Assembly: GCA_033977065.1 (NCBI GenBank)
Contig: JAXCHI010000003.1
Span: forward strand, 256,001-320,000
DNA: 64,000 nucleotides
Reading direction: 5' to 3'
Origin: Candidatus Algichlamydia australiensis
GTDB lineage: Bacteria; Chlamydiota; Chlamydiia; Chlamydiales; JAJFMI01
A program made the translations under genes and the position numbers. The first letter of the stretch is position 1. Each line of letters opens with the position of its first letter. This document shows, one piece after another, positions 18,311-28,766 of this stretch. The notes under the pieces were generated by a model. It was not told where the DNA came from, did not search any database, and was given only the letters and a program-made list of their open reading frames with translations.

Positions 18311-19021
18311 ATGGTCGAAAAGAAGAGAATATTACTAATCGAAGACGAAGAAGATATCGCTTCATTAATCAAACTTCAAGCGGAACTTGAAGGCTTCAAA
18401 TTGCATGTTGAGGTCGACGGAATCAATGGCTATCGTGCGATTGAGCGGGAGAGACCCGACCTTGTTATTTTGGATGTAATGCTACCAGGCTTAAACGGCT
18501 TTGACGTTTGCCGGCGCATTCGCAACAACCCTGAACTGCGCAACACTTTAGTTGTCTTCTTGACTGCTAAAGGAGATGAGCTTGACATCGTTTTAGGTTT
18601 AGAGCTTGGCGCTGATGATTACATTCCAAAGCCCTTTTCTCCCAAAGTGCTTTTCTCAAGAATCAAAGCGATCTTACGTCGCAAAAGTGAGCCTGAGAAA
18701 AATCACAAAGTAATCCAATTTGGTGAGTACACACTAGACATTGACCGCTATCTGCTAAAAAGAGAGAACGAAACTGTCTCTATCACTCTTTCAGAGTTTG
18801 GAATTTTACGCAGATTACTTGGAAATCGCGGCCAAGTCCTTTCACGCAGCCAGCTCTTAACTGACATCAACAATGATGACGCATTTGTCGTCGATCGCAA
18901 TATTGATGTACACATTGCCTCTTTGCGCAAAAAACTCGGTCCCAAATTCAACTGGATTGAGACTGTACGCGGAGTGGGCTATCGCTTCAAAGAGGAAGAA
19001 GCGGCTCAAAAAGTTGGATGA
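18311..19021 (+). CDS. OmpR/PhoB-family response regulator
   Basis: LIEDE, LDVMLP (phospho-Asp), FLTA, GADDYIPKPF, RNIDVHIASLRKKL, TVRGVGY. Confidence 0.95.
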   Translation: MVEKKRILLIEDEEDIASLIKLQAELEGFKLHVEVDGINGYRAIERERPDLVILDVMLPGLNGFDVCRRIRNNPELRNTLVVFLTAKGDELDIVLGLELGADDYIPKPFSPKVLFSRIKAILRRKSEPEKNHKVIQFGEYTLDIDRYLLKRENETVSITLSEFGILRRLLGNRGQVLSRSQLLTDINNDDAFVVDRNIDVHIASLRKKLGPKFNWIETVRGVGYRFKEEEAAQKVG

Positions 19022-20256
19022 AGGGATGTACCCATCGCAGGCAGCTATCAAAGATAGCTGCGCTATGTGTCTTCTTTCTAGATAACTTCGGAATAGCTGT
19101 TGTCTATCCGATTTTTACCCCTCTTCTTTTAGAGACGGGGTATGGACTCGTCAACGACTCCACCTCTCTTGCGATGCGAACCCTCATGTTAGGTATTCTC
19201 ATCGCAAGTTTTCCTCTTGCTCAAGTTTTTGGTGCCCCTCTTCTAGGAAGACTTGCCGATATTTCCGGACGCAGGATCGCTTTCTTCCTTACTTTGATCG
19301 GAGGAGCTATTGGTTACCTTCTTTCTGGTCTCGGCATTGAAGTCGGAAGTTACGTACTACTTCTCGCTTCGCGTTTTCTCACCGGTCTCTTCGCCAGTAA
19401 CTTAACACTCGCTCTTGCCTCTATTTCTGACCTCACTCACACCCCAAAAGAGCGTTCGAGAAATTTTGGAATCTTAGCAACTGTTGCGGGATTTAGCTTT
19501 ATCGTTGCCATCTTCATTGGCGGTGCCTTTTCAAGCCGCTTGCTTGACCGCGATTTTAGCTCCGCTATTCCCTTCTGGATCGCCTCAGCCATCTCCCTTC
19601 TCAATCTCTACATCATCGTGCGCTTTTACGATGAAACATCTCACCACAAAGGGACGACTCCACTTACGATAAAAAAGTTTTTTCACACCCTCCTTCCCCC
19701 TATTAAAGAGAAGGGTATCTACGTTCTTTATGGGGCCTACTTTTTCTACATGCTAGGGTGGATCCCCTCTCTCCAATTTCTCTCTTACTTTATGATTGAG
19801 CGCTTTGGAGTAGAAAAAGAGACTATCGTCCTGTTATTCCTCTGCGTAGGAGTCGCTTGGATGCTTGGTACTAGTCTGATGAACCCCCTCTTACATAAAG
19901 GGATTTCTCCAAAAGGCTTAGCTGTTATATCTAGCTTCTTCACCGCCTTTTTCCTCTTCCTCCCCGTTGCAGAAATCCCCTTCCACAGTTTCTTCACCTT
20001 CTACATCTTAGCCGCACTTTTCAGCTCTCTTGCTTGGACCAACATCACAAGTTGGATTTCTGTCCAAGCGGGTCGAGAGATCCAAGGAAAAACATTAGGG
20101 ATCAATCAGTCCGTTGGATCGTGTGCCATTATACTAGGTCCCATCCTTGGCGCCCTACTTACTCGCCTCACAGATTCCTTTTTAATTGGCTCAATTGCCG
20201 CTTCAATATTTATATCGTTTCTTCTTTTATTTACTTTTATGGTAATAAAAAAATAA
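19018..20256 (+). CDS. MFS transporter (DHA1/TetA-like)
   Basis: About 12 TM segments; motif A GRLADISGRR; ATGA overlap with the regulator. Confidence 0.9.
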   Translation: MKGCTHRRQLSKIAALCVFFLDNFGIAVVYPIFTPLLLETGYGLVNDSTSLAMRTLMLGILIASFPLAQVFGAPLLGRLADISGRRIAFFLTLIGGAIGYLLSGLGIEVGSYVLLLASRFLTGLFASNLTLALASISDLTHTPKERSRNFGILATVAGFSFIVAIFIGGAFSSRLLDRDFSSAIPFWIASAISLLNLYIIVRFYDETSHHKGTTPLTIKKFFHTLLPPIKEKGIYVLYGAYFFYMLGWIPSLQFLSYFMIERFGVEKETIVLLFLCVGVAWMLGTSLMNPLLHKGISPKGLAVISSFFTAFFLFLPVAEIPFHSFFTFYILAALFSSLAWTNITSWISVQAGREIQGKTLGINQSVGSCAIILGPILGALLTRLTDSFLIGSIAASIFISFLLLFTFMVIKK

Positions 20257-20259
20257 AAT

Positions 20260-20607
20260 ATGAAAATCATGAACAAGTTTCTTCCATTAATTTTATTAAC
20301 CATTTTATGCGGTTGTGAAAACCGATCAAAAACGCGCACTTTTGTGGATGGAGAGCCTCTAACTTGCACTGACATCACGCGAATTGAACAGAGAAATCCC
20401 GATGTAATGCAACGATACAATAGTCATAAAAGGCTTCGACTTGAAGATATCAAAGCGCTCTCACAGGCGGGAATATCTGATGATAAGATCATTGGGATGA
20501 TTCAAGAGAGTCACTCTCATTTCAACCTGACCTCACAAGAAGTCTTTGAGCTGAAAAACGCAGGGGTATCTTCTTACCTCACCGACTACATGATCAATTA
20601 CACATAA
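20260..20607 (+). CDS. Small hypothetical lipoprotein
   Basis: Lipobox LCGC; L.DIKALSQAGISDDKIIGMI and ELKNAGVS helical motifs. Confidence 0.75.
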   Translation: MKIMNKFLPLILLTILCGCENRSKTRTFVDGEPLTCTDITRIEQRNPDVMQRYNSHKRLRLEDIKALSQAGISDDKIIGMIQESHSHFNLTSQEVFELKNAGVSSYLTDYMINYT

Positions 20608-20692
20608 AAAATTGAGTACCAATCTGAGTTATTATATGATTTTCAACTAAATTCAAACTTGTTATTCTCTCTTCAGAAATTGGAGGAATTTT

Positions 20693-21700
20693 ATGAAACT
20701 CGCTCTTTTTTTGTGCTTGATTTCATTTCAAATCAGTGCCCTAACCCCGCCTAAGCCAATAAAAGGCTGGCCTTCTATGGTTATAAACAACTTTCACACC
20801 TCATTAGGTAATGACCTTCTTATTTTAAAAGCTCCAAATCATTGGGGTTACGAAGAAATCAACACTTCCAGAGATGGAAATGCTGATATCAATTTTTTTC
20901 CTTCTAATGGGGGGTATGGATACAGTCTAAGATTAAGACGCATGGAAAATGAAGAAATCGCTAAAGAAAAAGTTAATCGCCTTAGGGACACGTTTTCTAA
21001 ATCTAGAATGATTCAAGAAGGGTTTGAAGTGATTGAAAATAAATTTTGCTATACATGTTATCAGTCTGGTTGCTACGTTGTCCAATTTTGGTATGTAGTA
21101 CCAAAAAAACTCCGTTCTGTGCCTAGCTTTTGGAGGGAGTTAAAAAACTCGGTGATAATCGAAACCAGCCAAGAAGCAAGCTCACTTTCTGAACTCGAAT
21201 GGGCTCCTGTAAGAAAAGTAGATCGGTATACTTATAGTTGTTCTCATCCAAATAACAATTTGCATGTTCTTGTTGATCACAGAGGCACTTTAAAACAAAA
21301 AACAAAACAAACCCCAGGCAAGTCCCATTTAATTGCGTTAACTGATTCATTTAGCAAAATTCTGATTTTTATTAAGTGGGAGCAAGACGAATCAAATACT
21401 TTTAATGATATTGAGAGCCAGCTATTTGAAATAGGAAATGAAATTTCAACATATAAAAAAAATCAAGTGTTTAAAAAAGAATACTTGAAATCAAAAGAAA
21501 ACAATTGGGGGATTTTAGAGGGTTATCCATATTCTGTTATTTCATTTAAAAGCGAAGGTTTCATTTGTTCTTTGGCAGTCAAAGAAAAACTTCTTATTAA
21601 GCCTCCTGGGCCTTTATATAGACTAAAAAACACTCCTGTTTCTATCAAGGAACTGAAAAGATGTTTAAAAAAAATTAATTGGTTCAAGGATGATATATAA
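20693..21700 (+). CDS. Hypothetical exported protein (AT-rich)
   Basis: SD GGAGG, signal-peptide-like MKLALFLCLISFQISA, 335 aa, no recognised motif. Confidence 0.7.
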   Translation: MKLALFLCLISFQISALTPPKPIKGWPSMVINNFHTSLGNDLLILKAPNHWGYEEINTSRDGNADINFFPSNGGYGYSLRLRRMENEEIAKEKVNRLRDTFSKSRMIQEGFEVIENKFCYTCYQSGCYVVQFWYVVPKKLRSVPSFWRELKNSVIIETSQEASSLSELEWAPVRKVDRYTYSCSHPNNNLHVLVDHRGTLKQKTKQTPGKSHLIALTDSFSKILIFIKWEQDESNTFNDIESQLFEIGNEISTYKKNQVFKKEYLKSKENNWGILEGYPYSVISFKSEGFICSLAVKEKLLIKPPGPLYRLKNTPVSIKELKRCLKKINWFKDDI

Positions 21701-21711
21701 ACTTGTTTCCA

Positions 21712-21880
21712 TTAAGAAAATACTGAATAACTGCTCTTTTCGAGAAGAGATCAAAAATCGAGGGCAAATTAGTTTTGGAGAATTGAGCTAACTCCATAAG
21801 AGTTAGTGGGTTCGAAAGTCCGATTTGGGCCAATTTTTGATCTCTTGTCGGAAAGTCTGAGTTGTTCAGTGGTTCCTTAA
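21712..21880. repeat. Family A palindromic element copy 3
   Basis: TTAAGAAAATACTGAATAACT ... AGTTGTTCAGTGGTTCCTTAA terminal IR bounded by TTAA; centre GCTAACTCCATAAGAGTTAG; internal AAGAGATCAAAAAT/ATTTTTGATCTCTT stem. Confidence 0.85.
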
Positions 21881-22076
21881 ACAAGAGCCAGAAAAGAAGT
21901 TGCTCACTGTTATAAAAGAAATCGAGCTCTTTTACATATTTTAATCTAAATTGCTACCCTATTGACACAAGAAAGCGAAGCCAATACCTGCTTTGTGCAT
22001 CAAAATTTTTTATTAAGCTGATTTTTTCGGGATTTTGCTTGCGAGGGATTTTCGTGAAACGTACCATTAGAAAATA

Positions 22077-23081
22077 ATGGACGCAAAAACAGAAGACTTC
22101 CACCAAGGGCGGTTTCAAGAGGCAATTCATAAAAATAGCGGAAAAGCGCTGCAAGCTCTCGAAAACGTCATGAATAAAACCACTCTCTTCAAAGGAGTCT
22201 CTCTTCTCTGTTTTGCTTTTTTAAGCTTGTGTTTTCTTGTACTCATTAACTTCTATCCTAAAAGCTTTTTGCTAGCGTTGAATTTAGGATTAATTTTTCT
22301 GAGTGTTTTTACTTTTTTAGTTTTGCACTTCTATTTTGAAATGAAAAAACCTGAAGAGTTGGAATTGATTCGCGAAGGGTTTGTAACCTCCTTACAAAAT
22401 GAACTTCCTGAATCCCTCTCAGCTAATGAATTCCACTTATTACTTGCCAATTCTTCTTACCAGTTCTCCTCATTTTTGCAACCTGATGACTTGGAGTTAG
22501 ACCTGCCATGGAAGCAGAAAATTTGGAAAAAGATGAGTCGCGCTTTTAACTGGAAAGACCTTCACTTAATGCGCGAACTTCTTCTCCTTGGCTCTGTAAA
22601 AGAGCATATCGCTCTGATTCATAAAGAGCCGACAGATTTAGAAGCGCACGCCTCTTTAGCCAACGCCTACATGGCTTTTGCTAGACTCTACACGATCGCA
22701 GATGAGAAGAAAAAACCCTTCTTAAAGCAGCAATTCTACAAGAAGGAGAAAAACCGCGAAAAATTTGCAAATGCCTCCGAAAAAGCGATTGAAGAACTCA
22801 AAATCTTACACCACTTTTCACCCAAAGATCCTTGGGTTCACGCACAACTTGCCAATTGCTACCGTGACTTAGAACGCCCTCTCGATGAGATTCAGGAGTA
22901 TGAAGCAATTTTTGCTCTCTATCCTGAAGATCCAGAAATCTTATTTCGTCTAGGTTCTCTCTACTTCCAGGAGGGAATGAATGCAAAGGGACTTACTACT
23001 TATGCAGCTCTTAAATCAATTGATCCTGAGCGTGCTGGAGAAATGATTTCTCTTTATCACCCTTTTTCACTAGAAAAATAA
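22077..23081 (+). CDS. Membrane-anchored TPR protein (chlamydial type)
   Basis: Two N-terminal TM helices; TPR-like AHASLANAY, PWVHAQLANCY, EILFRLGSLY. Confidence 0.8.
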   Translation: MDAKTEDFHQGRFQEAIHKNSGKALQALENVMNKTTLFKGVSLLCFAFLSLCFLVLINFYPKSFLLALNLGLIFLSVFTFLVLHFYFEMKKPEELELIREGFVTSLQNELPESLSANEFHLLLANSSYQFSSFLQPDDLELDLPWKQKIWKKMSRAFNWKDLHLMRELLLLGSVKEHIALIHKEPTDLEAHASLANAYMAFARLYTIADEKKKPFLKQQFYKKEKNREKFANASEKAIEELKILHHFSPKDPWVHAQLANCYRDLERPLDEIQEYEAIFALYPEDPEILFRLGSLYFQEGMNAKGLTTYAALKSIDPERAGEMISLYHPFSLEK

Positions 23082-23133
23082 AACTTTCTTTCTATATTGT
23101 GGGGCTTATTTGACAAACCAGTGAGAACTAGCT

Positions 23134-25914
23134 ATGAGAAATTTTCTTCTCTTTTTTGTTATGCTATGGGCAGTCCTATTTTCTGCCGAGCCGCACCTTG
23201 GAAACGCCTCGTATGAAGAGAGGCTTTTAGCGCGCCGCATCGCGGAATTTTACAAAGATGGAGACTTTGATCTTGTAAAACTACAGATTCAAGACTTCTT
23301 CAAAGAGCACCCCAACTCCCCTTTAAAAGACAATCTCTACGGGCTTCTAGGCGATCTTTTCTTAAGCGAAGAAAAATATGAGAAAGCACTTGTGAACTAC
23401 AACGAAATCCAAAATCCGAAAATTTTGGAAATGACACTTCTAAACAAGCTGCAATGTTACTACGAGCTCTCTGACTACAAAAATATTATTAAAGAGGCGA
23501 CTCTTCTCATCTCAAAAAACCCAAAAGTTTTGGGCGAGCGTGAAAATGAGCTCTACTTTCTAATGGCTGAATCCCTCTACCGCGAAGCTCTGCAAGAGAG
23601 AGATGAAGGGCAAGCAAAACAACTCGCTTCGATGGCTGCTGGCTACTACGAAAAACTCTCTGACCATAGCTTTGGTGAGGTGCCTCTCTTCGCTTTGGCA
23701 GACATCTACACACTTCTTGGCAATAACATCAAAGCTGCAAAACTCTATTTGGAACTCGCCTCTGACTACCCTGCAATGAGAGAGGAGCTCTATTTCAGAG
23801 CCGCAGGCGCTGTTGCAGCAAACGACCCGCTAGAAGCAATCGACCTCTATGAACAAGTCATTGAGATGGAAGGAAAATTTGCTAAAGAGTCGAGTTTCAA
23901 CCAGCTTGTTCTCTACTTTCAACAGGAAAACTATCAGAAAGTTCTTGATGCCTACCCTGTTATTGAAACCACCATCCCAAAAGATCAAGTTGCCACTTTT
24001 GACTACATTTTGGCCAAAAGCTACTTCTCGTTGGGACAATTTGATGAGGCGATCTCTCCTGCGGAGTCTTTTTTAAGCCATGCTGATCAGGCAAGCCTTC
24101 AAGTAAAAAATAGCCTGCTTATTTTAATGACTTGCGCGCAGAAAAAAGAGGATCTCTCTCTGTTTCAAAACGCCTTAACACGTTTTGAGAAAGAATTTGC
24201 TGGGGATCCAGAACTTGGAAAAGCGCACTTCATGCATGCCATGCTCCTAAAGGATCAGGGAAATGAGAAAGAAGTTTTAACCATTCTCTCTGAGCTTTTA
24301 AATGAAAAGAGCTGCTCTTCAGAGCGCGAAAGCCTTCTCTTTGAGCACGGCTACCTCTCCCACAAGTTAGGACAGTACGAAGAGAGCCGCCAAAGCTTGC
24401 GTCGTTTCCTCATTGAGTTCGCCGGCACTGAACGTGAAAAGTCCGCATGGAAGCTCTTCCTTGCCAGCTCTCTTGAGTTGCAGCGTGGAGAGGGAGCGTA
24501 CACAAAAGAACTCTTTTACGACGACCTTGTTCGAGCACTTTCTCAAAAAGATCTCTTTGATCAAAGTGAGATCGCTGAGTACGAACTTCTTTTAGGAAAA
24601 ATCGCCTACGACTTAAACCGCTTCGCTCAAACCGAAGGCCTTCTTAAGAGTTATCTAGAAAAAATCACCGATCCAATGCAGCAGTCAGAAGCGCACTTTT
24701 TGCTTGCGCTTTGCTATGACAAGATTCAAGGAGAAACAGCGCAGTGCTGCTCTCATTTTGAAACCGTTCTCTCGCTCGATCCAGAATTTCGCGAGAAGAG
24801 CCTCGTCCACTTGCATCTTTACAACAGCTACCTGGAGATGAAAAACCAAGTTGGGAATGAGGGACAAGCAAAAGAGCTCACAGAAAAAGCAGCAAACCAC
24901 CTTTTTGCCGCGATTGAGACCGGTGATCACGAAGTGAAAAGGGAAAACCAGCTCTGGCTGGCAGACCACTACTTTGAAAAAGCGCGTCCCTATCTTGACA
25001 ATCTAGCCCTTCTCTCTGGAGAAGAGAAGAGCGACCTCTCTGCGATTGTAGAGAAGGCCCTCCCTCTTTATGAAAGAGCATTAACAAAAAACAACAGACT
25101 CATCTCCTTTGATGAGAAGAGTCTCTACTTGGAAGCACAAGCGCTTAAGTACGCAGAGCTTATGGGAGTACAAAACGAGCACAATAAAAAAATTGCTCTC
25201 CTTACTCACCTTGTTGAACAGCAAGACAACCACCCCAACTGGAGTTGGGACTACCAGAAAAAAGCGCTCTTTGAGTTGGCCAAAAGTTATGAAGAGAAGA
25301 GTGAACTTGAAAAGGCACTTGAGACTTATAGCTTTATTGCAAGACGTGAAGGAGCTGTAAGCTCTCCTCTTATTAATATTGCTGCCTATCATAGCGCAAA
25401 ATTGCGCTTTGCTCTTTTGCATCACTCACAAAAGAATGAGCATAACCCTGAAGTTCACGAGATTTTGACACAGCTCAAAGAGTTACAGATTCGGAAAAAT
25501 AGTGCTTCAGAACCGATTCACTTAGAAGCGGCACTTGAGTATGCGACTGTACGCGCAAATCTCACTCCCAAAGAGCGACGCGATGAGCGCTATCTCTTCT
25601 TCTTAGGCCGTATGGTTGAAGACTTTAATGAGAAAGAGGACATGCTCGCTCAAAGTTATCATGAAGAGTTGGCAAAGTCAGAAGAGAAGGGAGCCCTCTT
25701 CACCGCTTATATGAAATTTGTTGAAGCAGAGCGACTACGCATTGCAGCAAGAAAGAAGCAGAAAGAGAACAAACTCCTTGAAGCTGAAGAATTAAGTGAG
25801 CAAGCATTGGCCCTGCTTTTTGAAATTGAGAGTAATGATCTTGTAAAGGAGTACTTGCATCAACGCGTAATCCAGAGTATAGAGGCAATTAACGAGGCAG
25901 AGTCCTACTCATAA
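23134..25914 (+). CDS. Large exported TPR-repeat protein
   Basis: Signal peptide; many TPR-like helices (LLGDLF, ALADIY, ILAKSYF, LLGKIAY, ALFELAKSYE). Confidence 0.85.
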   Translation: MRNFLLFFVMLWAVLFSAEPHLGNASYEERLLARRIAEFYKDGDFDLVKLQIQDFFKEHPNSPLKDNLYGLLGDLFLSEEKYEKALVNYNEIQNPKILEMTLLNKLQCYYELSDYKNIIKEATLLISKNPKVLGERENELYFLMAESLYREALQERDEGQAKQLASMAAGYYEKLSDHSFGEVPLFALADIYTLLGNNIKAAKLYLELASDYPAMREELYFRAAGAVAANDPLEAIDLYEQVIEMEGKFAKESSFNQLVLYFQQENYQKVLDAYPVIETTIPKDQVATFDYILAKSYFSLGQFDEAISPAESFLSHADQASLQVKNSLLILMTCAQKKEDLSLFQNALTRFEKEFAGDPELGKAHFMHAMLLKDQGNEKEVLTILSELLNEKSCSSERESLLFEHGYLSHKLGQYEESRQSLRRFLIEFAGTEREKSAWKLFLASSLELQRGEGAYTKELFYDDLVRALSQKDLFDQSEIAEYELLLGKIAYDLNRFAQTEGLLKSYLEKITDPMQQSEAHFLLALCYDKIQGETAQCCSHFETVLSLDPEFREKSLVHLHLYNSYLEMKNQVGNEGQAKELTEKAANHLFAAIETGDHEVKRENQLWLADHYFEKARPYLDNLALLSGEEKSDLSAIVEKALPLYERALTKNNRLISFDEKSLYLEAQALKYAELMGVQNEHNKKIALLTHLVEQQDNHPNWSWDYQKKALFELAKSYEEKSELEKALETYSFIARREGAVSSPLINIAAYHSAKLRFALLHHSQKNEHNPEVHEILTQLKELQIRKNSASEPIHLEAALEYATVRANLTPKERRDERYLFFLGRMVEDFNEKEDMLAQSYHEELAKSEEKGALFTAYMKFVEAERLRIAARKKQKENKLLEAEELSEQALALLFEIESNDLVKEYLHQRVIQSIEAINEAESYS

Positions 25915-25919
25915 TAAAC

Positions 25920-28766
25920 ATGCACCGCAAGCTGGCAACGACTGTCTGGCTGGGACTTATCTGTCTCAGCCCTCCGAGCTATACAAATGAGCTCTTAGAT
26001 GAGCTCATCGCGTTGCTTCCTGCCCAAGAAGAGAAGAGCGATCAAGAGATTTTTCATCCCGACCTTCAAGCTAACCCTGAAGAGTCGAGTGAAAAACTCT
26101 TAATCTACCACCTTCAAGCAGAAGAAGTGGAAGAGAGGTTTTCCCTTCCTGCTGAAGAGCTTGCTCTTTTAAAAACCGCGCCAAAGAAAAAGCTCAAGCG
26201 CACCCCAGCAAATCTCATCGATGAACTCAACCCCAGTCTTACTCCCAAGAAGAGCAAAGATCGTTATGTTAAAGAGAAAAAGCCAACTGCTACTCTGGAA
26301 TCTTCTCAAAACAAGTGCTCGATAAATCCTAGCTTAACCTCTGAGAAGCCGGAAAACAGCAGTAATACCCAGGGCTTTGAGTGTCAAAAAGAGACACTAC
26401 CTCTTATCTCTCCTTTAAAAGCAGAAGCACGTATTCTCTCTGCAAAATTGGAAAAAGGAATCAACGCCTTCATGACAACCATGATGCCCCTTGTTCGAGT
26501 AGAAGTTGAGGCGTTGCGGCCCTCAATCTCTCCTGCTCAAGAGCGCCTTCCTCCAAATAAAAACTCACAAAAAGCCCTTCCCGCCCCCACACCATCAAAA
26601 CCCTTCTCCTCAAGAGCAACCCTTCCCTTAAATCACGAGACACCCCTCTCGCTCACCCCCAAAAAAACAAAAGAGCCCATCTCTCTCAATCGCTCCCTTC
26701 CCACCTTCGGCGCTGCTCTTGTAGAAACAGTTGCCCTTATCTCAGACCAAATTGTCTTAGAAAAAAAGTTCGCCCAAGCGGAAGCAGAAGCGGAAAAAGT
26801 ACGCCATGCAATTGTTCAGACTCAAATCACAACCTCCCTCTCTCCTACCAGCTCGGCACTTCTTGGATTAACAAAAGAGCCTAGTTCTCCAAAAGGGAAG
26901 ACGATACTCACTCCCCTTACAAAAAAACAGCATTTCGCTTTCTCCTCAGCAAACCATCTTGCTGAGCTTGAGTTGCCCGAAAAAATCAGGGAAATCGGAT
27001 CTGATTTTATAAACTTTGCAAAAAAAGCTCCCCAAAGAAAAGAGAAGTTAGTCGCACCTACTGAACTCACCTCGATTTTAGTATCAGCCGAATCCAGTAA
27101 AGCAGCCCCCTTTATTTTAAAAGAGCAATTGCTTCTTCAACAAAGACCGCGAGAACTTCGCCAAGTAAAAATTCCAACTCCCAAACTTAGTTTAGCCTTA
27201 GTGCAGCAGCTGCCTGAAACAGAAGTACATGAGCCCATTACCCTGCATATTTTGCAGCCCAAAAGTGAAAAGCAAGATGTTCATTTTGAAGTAGAGAGTC
27301 GAGCACCCGCGATTGCCCAAACGGCAAAACAACCCTTTCACTTTGAAAAAAATGACGGCACCACCATTATCACAAGCTTCAATGAGCTGGAGCCAAAAAC
27401 CCTAACAAAAATAGCTACTTCTCTTGCTGATGTGATCCTCGCTATGCCCATTGAAATGGAGAGCGAAGAGAAGGACCCTCTTCAGGCCACATCAACAAGT
27501 GCAGCTGAAGAGCCGACCTGGACAACAAACATTACAATGGCCCTTTCGAAAGCCTCCGTTCCTCTTCTCGCCTCAAAACCATTAATTGAAAAAGAGCGCC
27601 TTCAAGCAGGAAACCTCCTCTTTGCAGAAGAGAAACTCCGCGACCGCAGCTCACATGAGCGCCACATGAGCGCCAACCGCCTCTACCGAAAATCAAGTAG
27701 TCTTGATATCGAAGGTTCAAATGATGAGATGGTAAAAATTGATAGCCCCTTCGACCCTTACGTAGAGTATGCGTCTGATGGCAGAGGAGGCTACTATTTT
27801 GGTATTGAGCTCCACCTTCTTAAGGATTTTGAACTCCCCTCGCAAAAACAGAACTTTCACTTCATGATCGATCGCTCCAAAGCGACCGATCGTGTGCAAT
27901 ATGAAGCCTACAAACAGGGCGTTCTCAAAGCACTTACCTATCTTAAAAAAGGCGATACCTTTAACATCTACATCTTTGATTCGCGCAACAAACAACTCTC
28001 TCCCATCCCCCTACCTGTTAGCAAGCAGACCATAGCCAAAGCGCGCAGCTTCCTCACTGATGAGAAACACGGCATCCTCTTTCGCTCTGCAAAAATGTAC
28101 AACTTGATTGAGGAGATGGTCGCAAAAGTACAAGACGAGACCCTTCTTACAAACATCGTCTTTATGGCAGGGCCCAAAACCCTTTCCGACTTGCGCACAA
28201 AGCGACTAGATGTACAGCATCTTCTTAAAACGAATAGCCAACACGCCAATCTTTTCTTCATCACCTCCTGTGATAAAGAAAATTTCTCTATGATGCAACT
28301 CCTTGCCACCATGAATCGCGGCCAAGCGATCTACTCGCCAACAAACACCAGTATCCCACGCAAAATTGCCAACCTTGTTCACCGCATCTCCAAACCAATC
28401 GGACGTGAAATGCACGTGCTCACACGCAGCGACAACGCACAAATTGACCTCTACTCCTCCACCAAACTCAATCGCGCCCATCTCTACAAAAATAACGCCT
28501 TTAAAATTTATGGACGCACAGACCAACTCGAAGACTTTGAGATCATCCTGCAAGGAAAAGGAGAAGAAAACTGGCTCCACATGACCCAGCCCATCAAACT
28601 GAAAAAAGCGCTCCGTGTTGGCCGCTCACTGCGCAAAACACTTGCCGGTCTGCAGGTCCTTCCCCTCTACAAACGCTATATCGATGAAGGCATCCCCGAA
28701 CACCTCTGGGAAGCAACAAAAATCACCGCACAGCACAACATTGAACAACCCTACTCATGGGATTAA
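25920..28766 (+). CDS. Exported protein with long low-complexity stalk and C-terminal VWA-like domain
   Basis: Signal-like N-terminus, about 570 aa P/S/K/E-rich region, then FHFMIDRSKAT...LTYLKKGDTFNIYIFD...LLATMNRG VWA pattern. Confidence 0.75.
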   Translation: MHRKLATTVWLGLICLSPPSYTNELLDELIALLPAQEEKSDQEIFHPDLQANPEESSEKLLIYHLQAEEVEERFSLPAEELALLKTAPKKKLKRTPANLIDELNPSLTPKKSKDRYVKEKKPTATLESSQNKCSINPSLTSEKPENSSNTQGFECQKETLPLISPLKAEARILSAKLEKGINAFMTTMMPLVRVEVEALRPSISPAQERLPPNKNSQKALPAPTPSKPFSSRATLPLNHETPLSLTPKKTKEPISLNRSLPTFGAALVETVALISDQIVLEKKFAQAEAEAEKVRHAIVQTQITTSLSPTSSALLGLTKEPSSPKGKTILTPLTKKQHFAFSSANHLAELELPEKIREIGSDFINFAKKAPQRKEKLVAPTELTSILVSAESSKAAPFILKEQLLLQQRPRELRQVKIPTPKLSLALVQQLPETEVHEPITLHILQPKSEKQDVHFEVESRAPAIAQTAKQPFHFEKNDGTTIITSFNELEPKTLTKIATSLADVILAMPIEMESEEKDPLQATSTSAAEEPTWTTNITMALSKASVPLLASKPLIEKERLQAGNLLFAEEKLRDRSSHERHMSANRLYRKSSSLDIEGSNDEMVKIDSPFDPYVEYASDGRGGYYFGIELHLLKDFELPSQKQNFHFMIDRSKATDRVQYEAYKQGVLKALTYLKKGDTFNIYIFDSRNKQLSPIPLPVSKQTIAKARSFLTDEKHGILFRSAKMYNLIEEMVAKVQDETLLTNIVFMAGPKTLSDLRTKRLDVQHLLKTNSQHANLFFITSCDKENFSMMQLLATMNRGQAIYSPTNTSIPRKIANLVHRISKPIGREMHVLTRSDNAQIDLYSSTKLNRAHLYKNNAFKIYGRTDQLEDFEIILQGKGEENWLHMTQPIKLKKALRVGRSLRKTLAGLQVLPLYKRYIDEGIPEHLWEATKITAQHNIEQPYSWD

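Noticed and set aside
21684..21884. 66-aa ORF (and similar 3100-3291, 48757-49065)
   Set aside because: These lie within palindromic repeat elements and have no SD or coding features.
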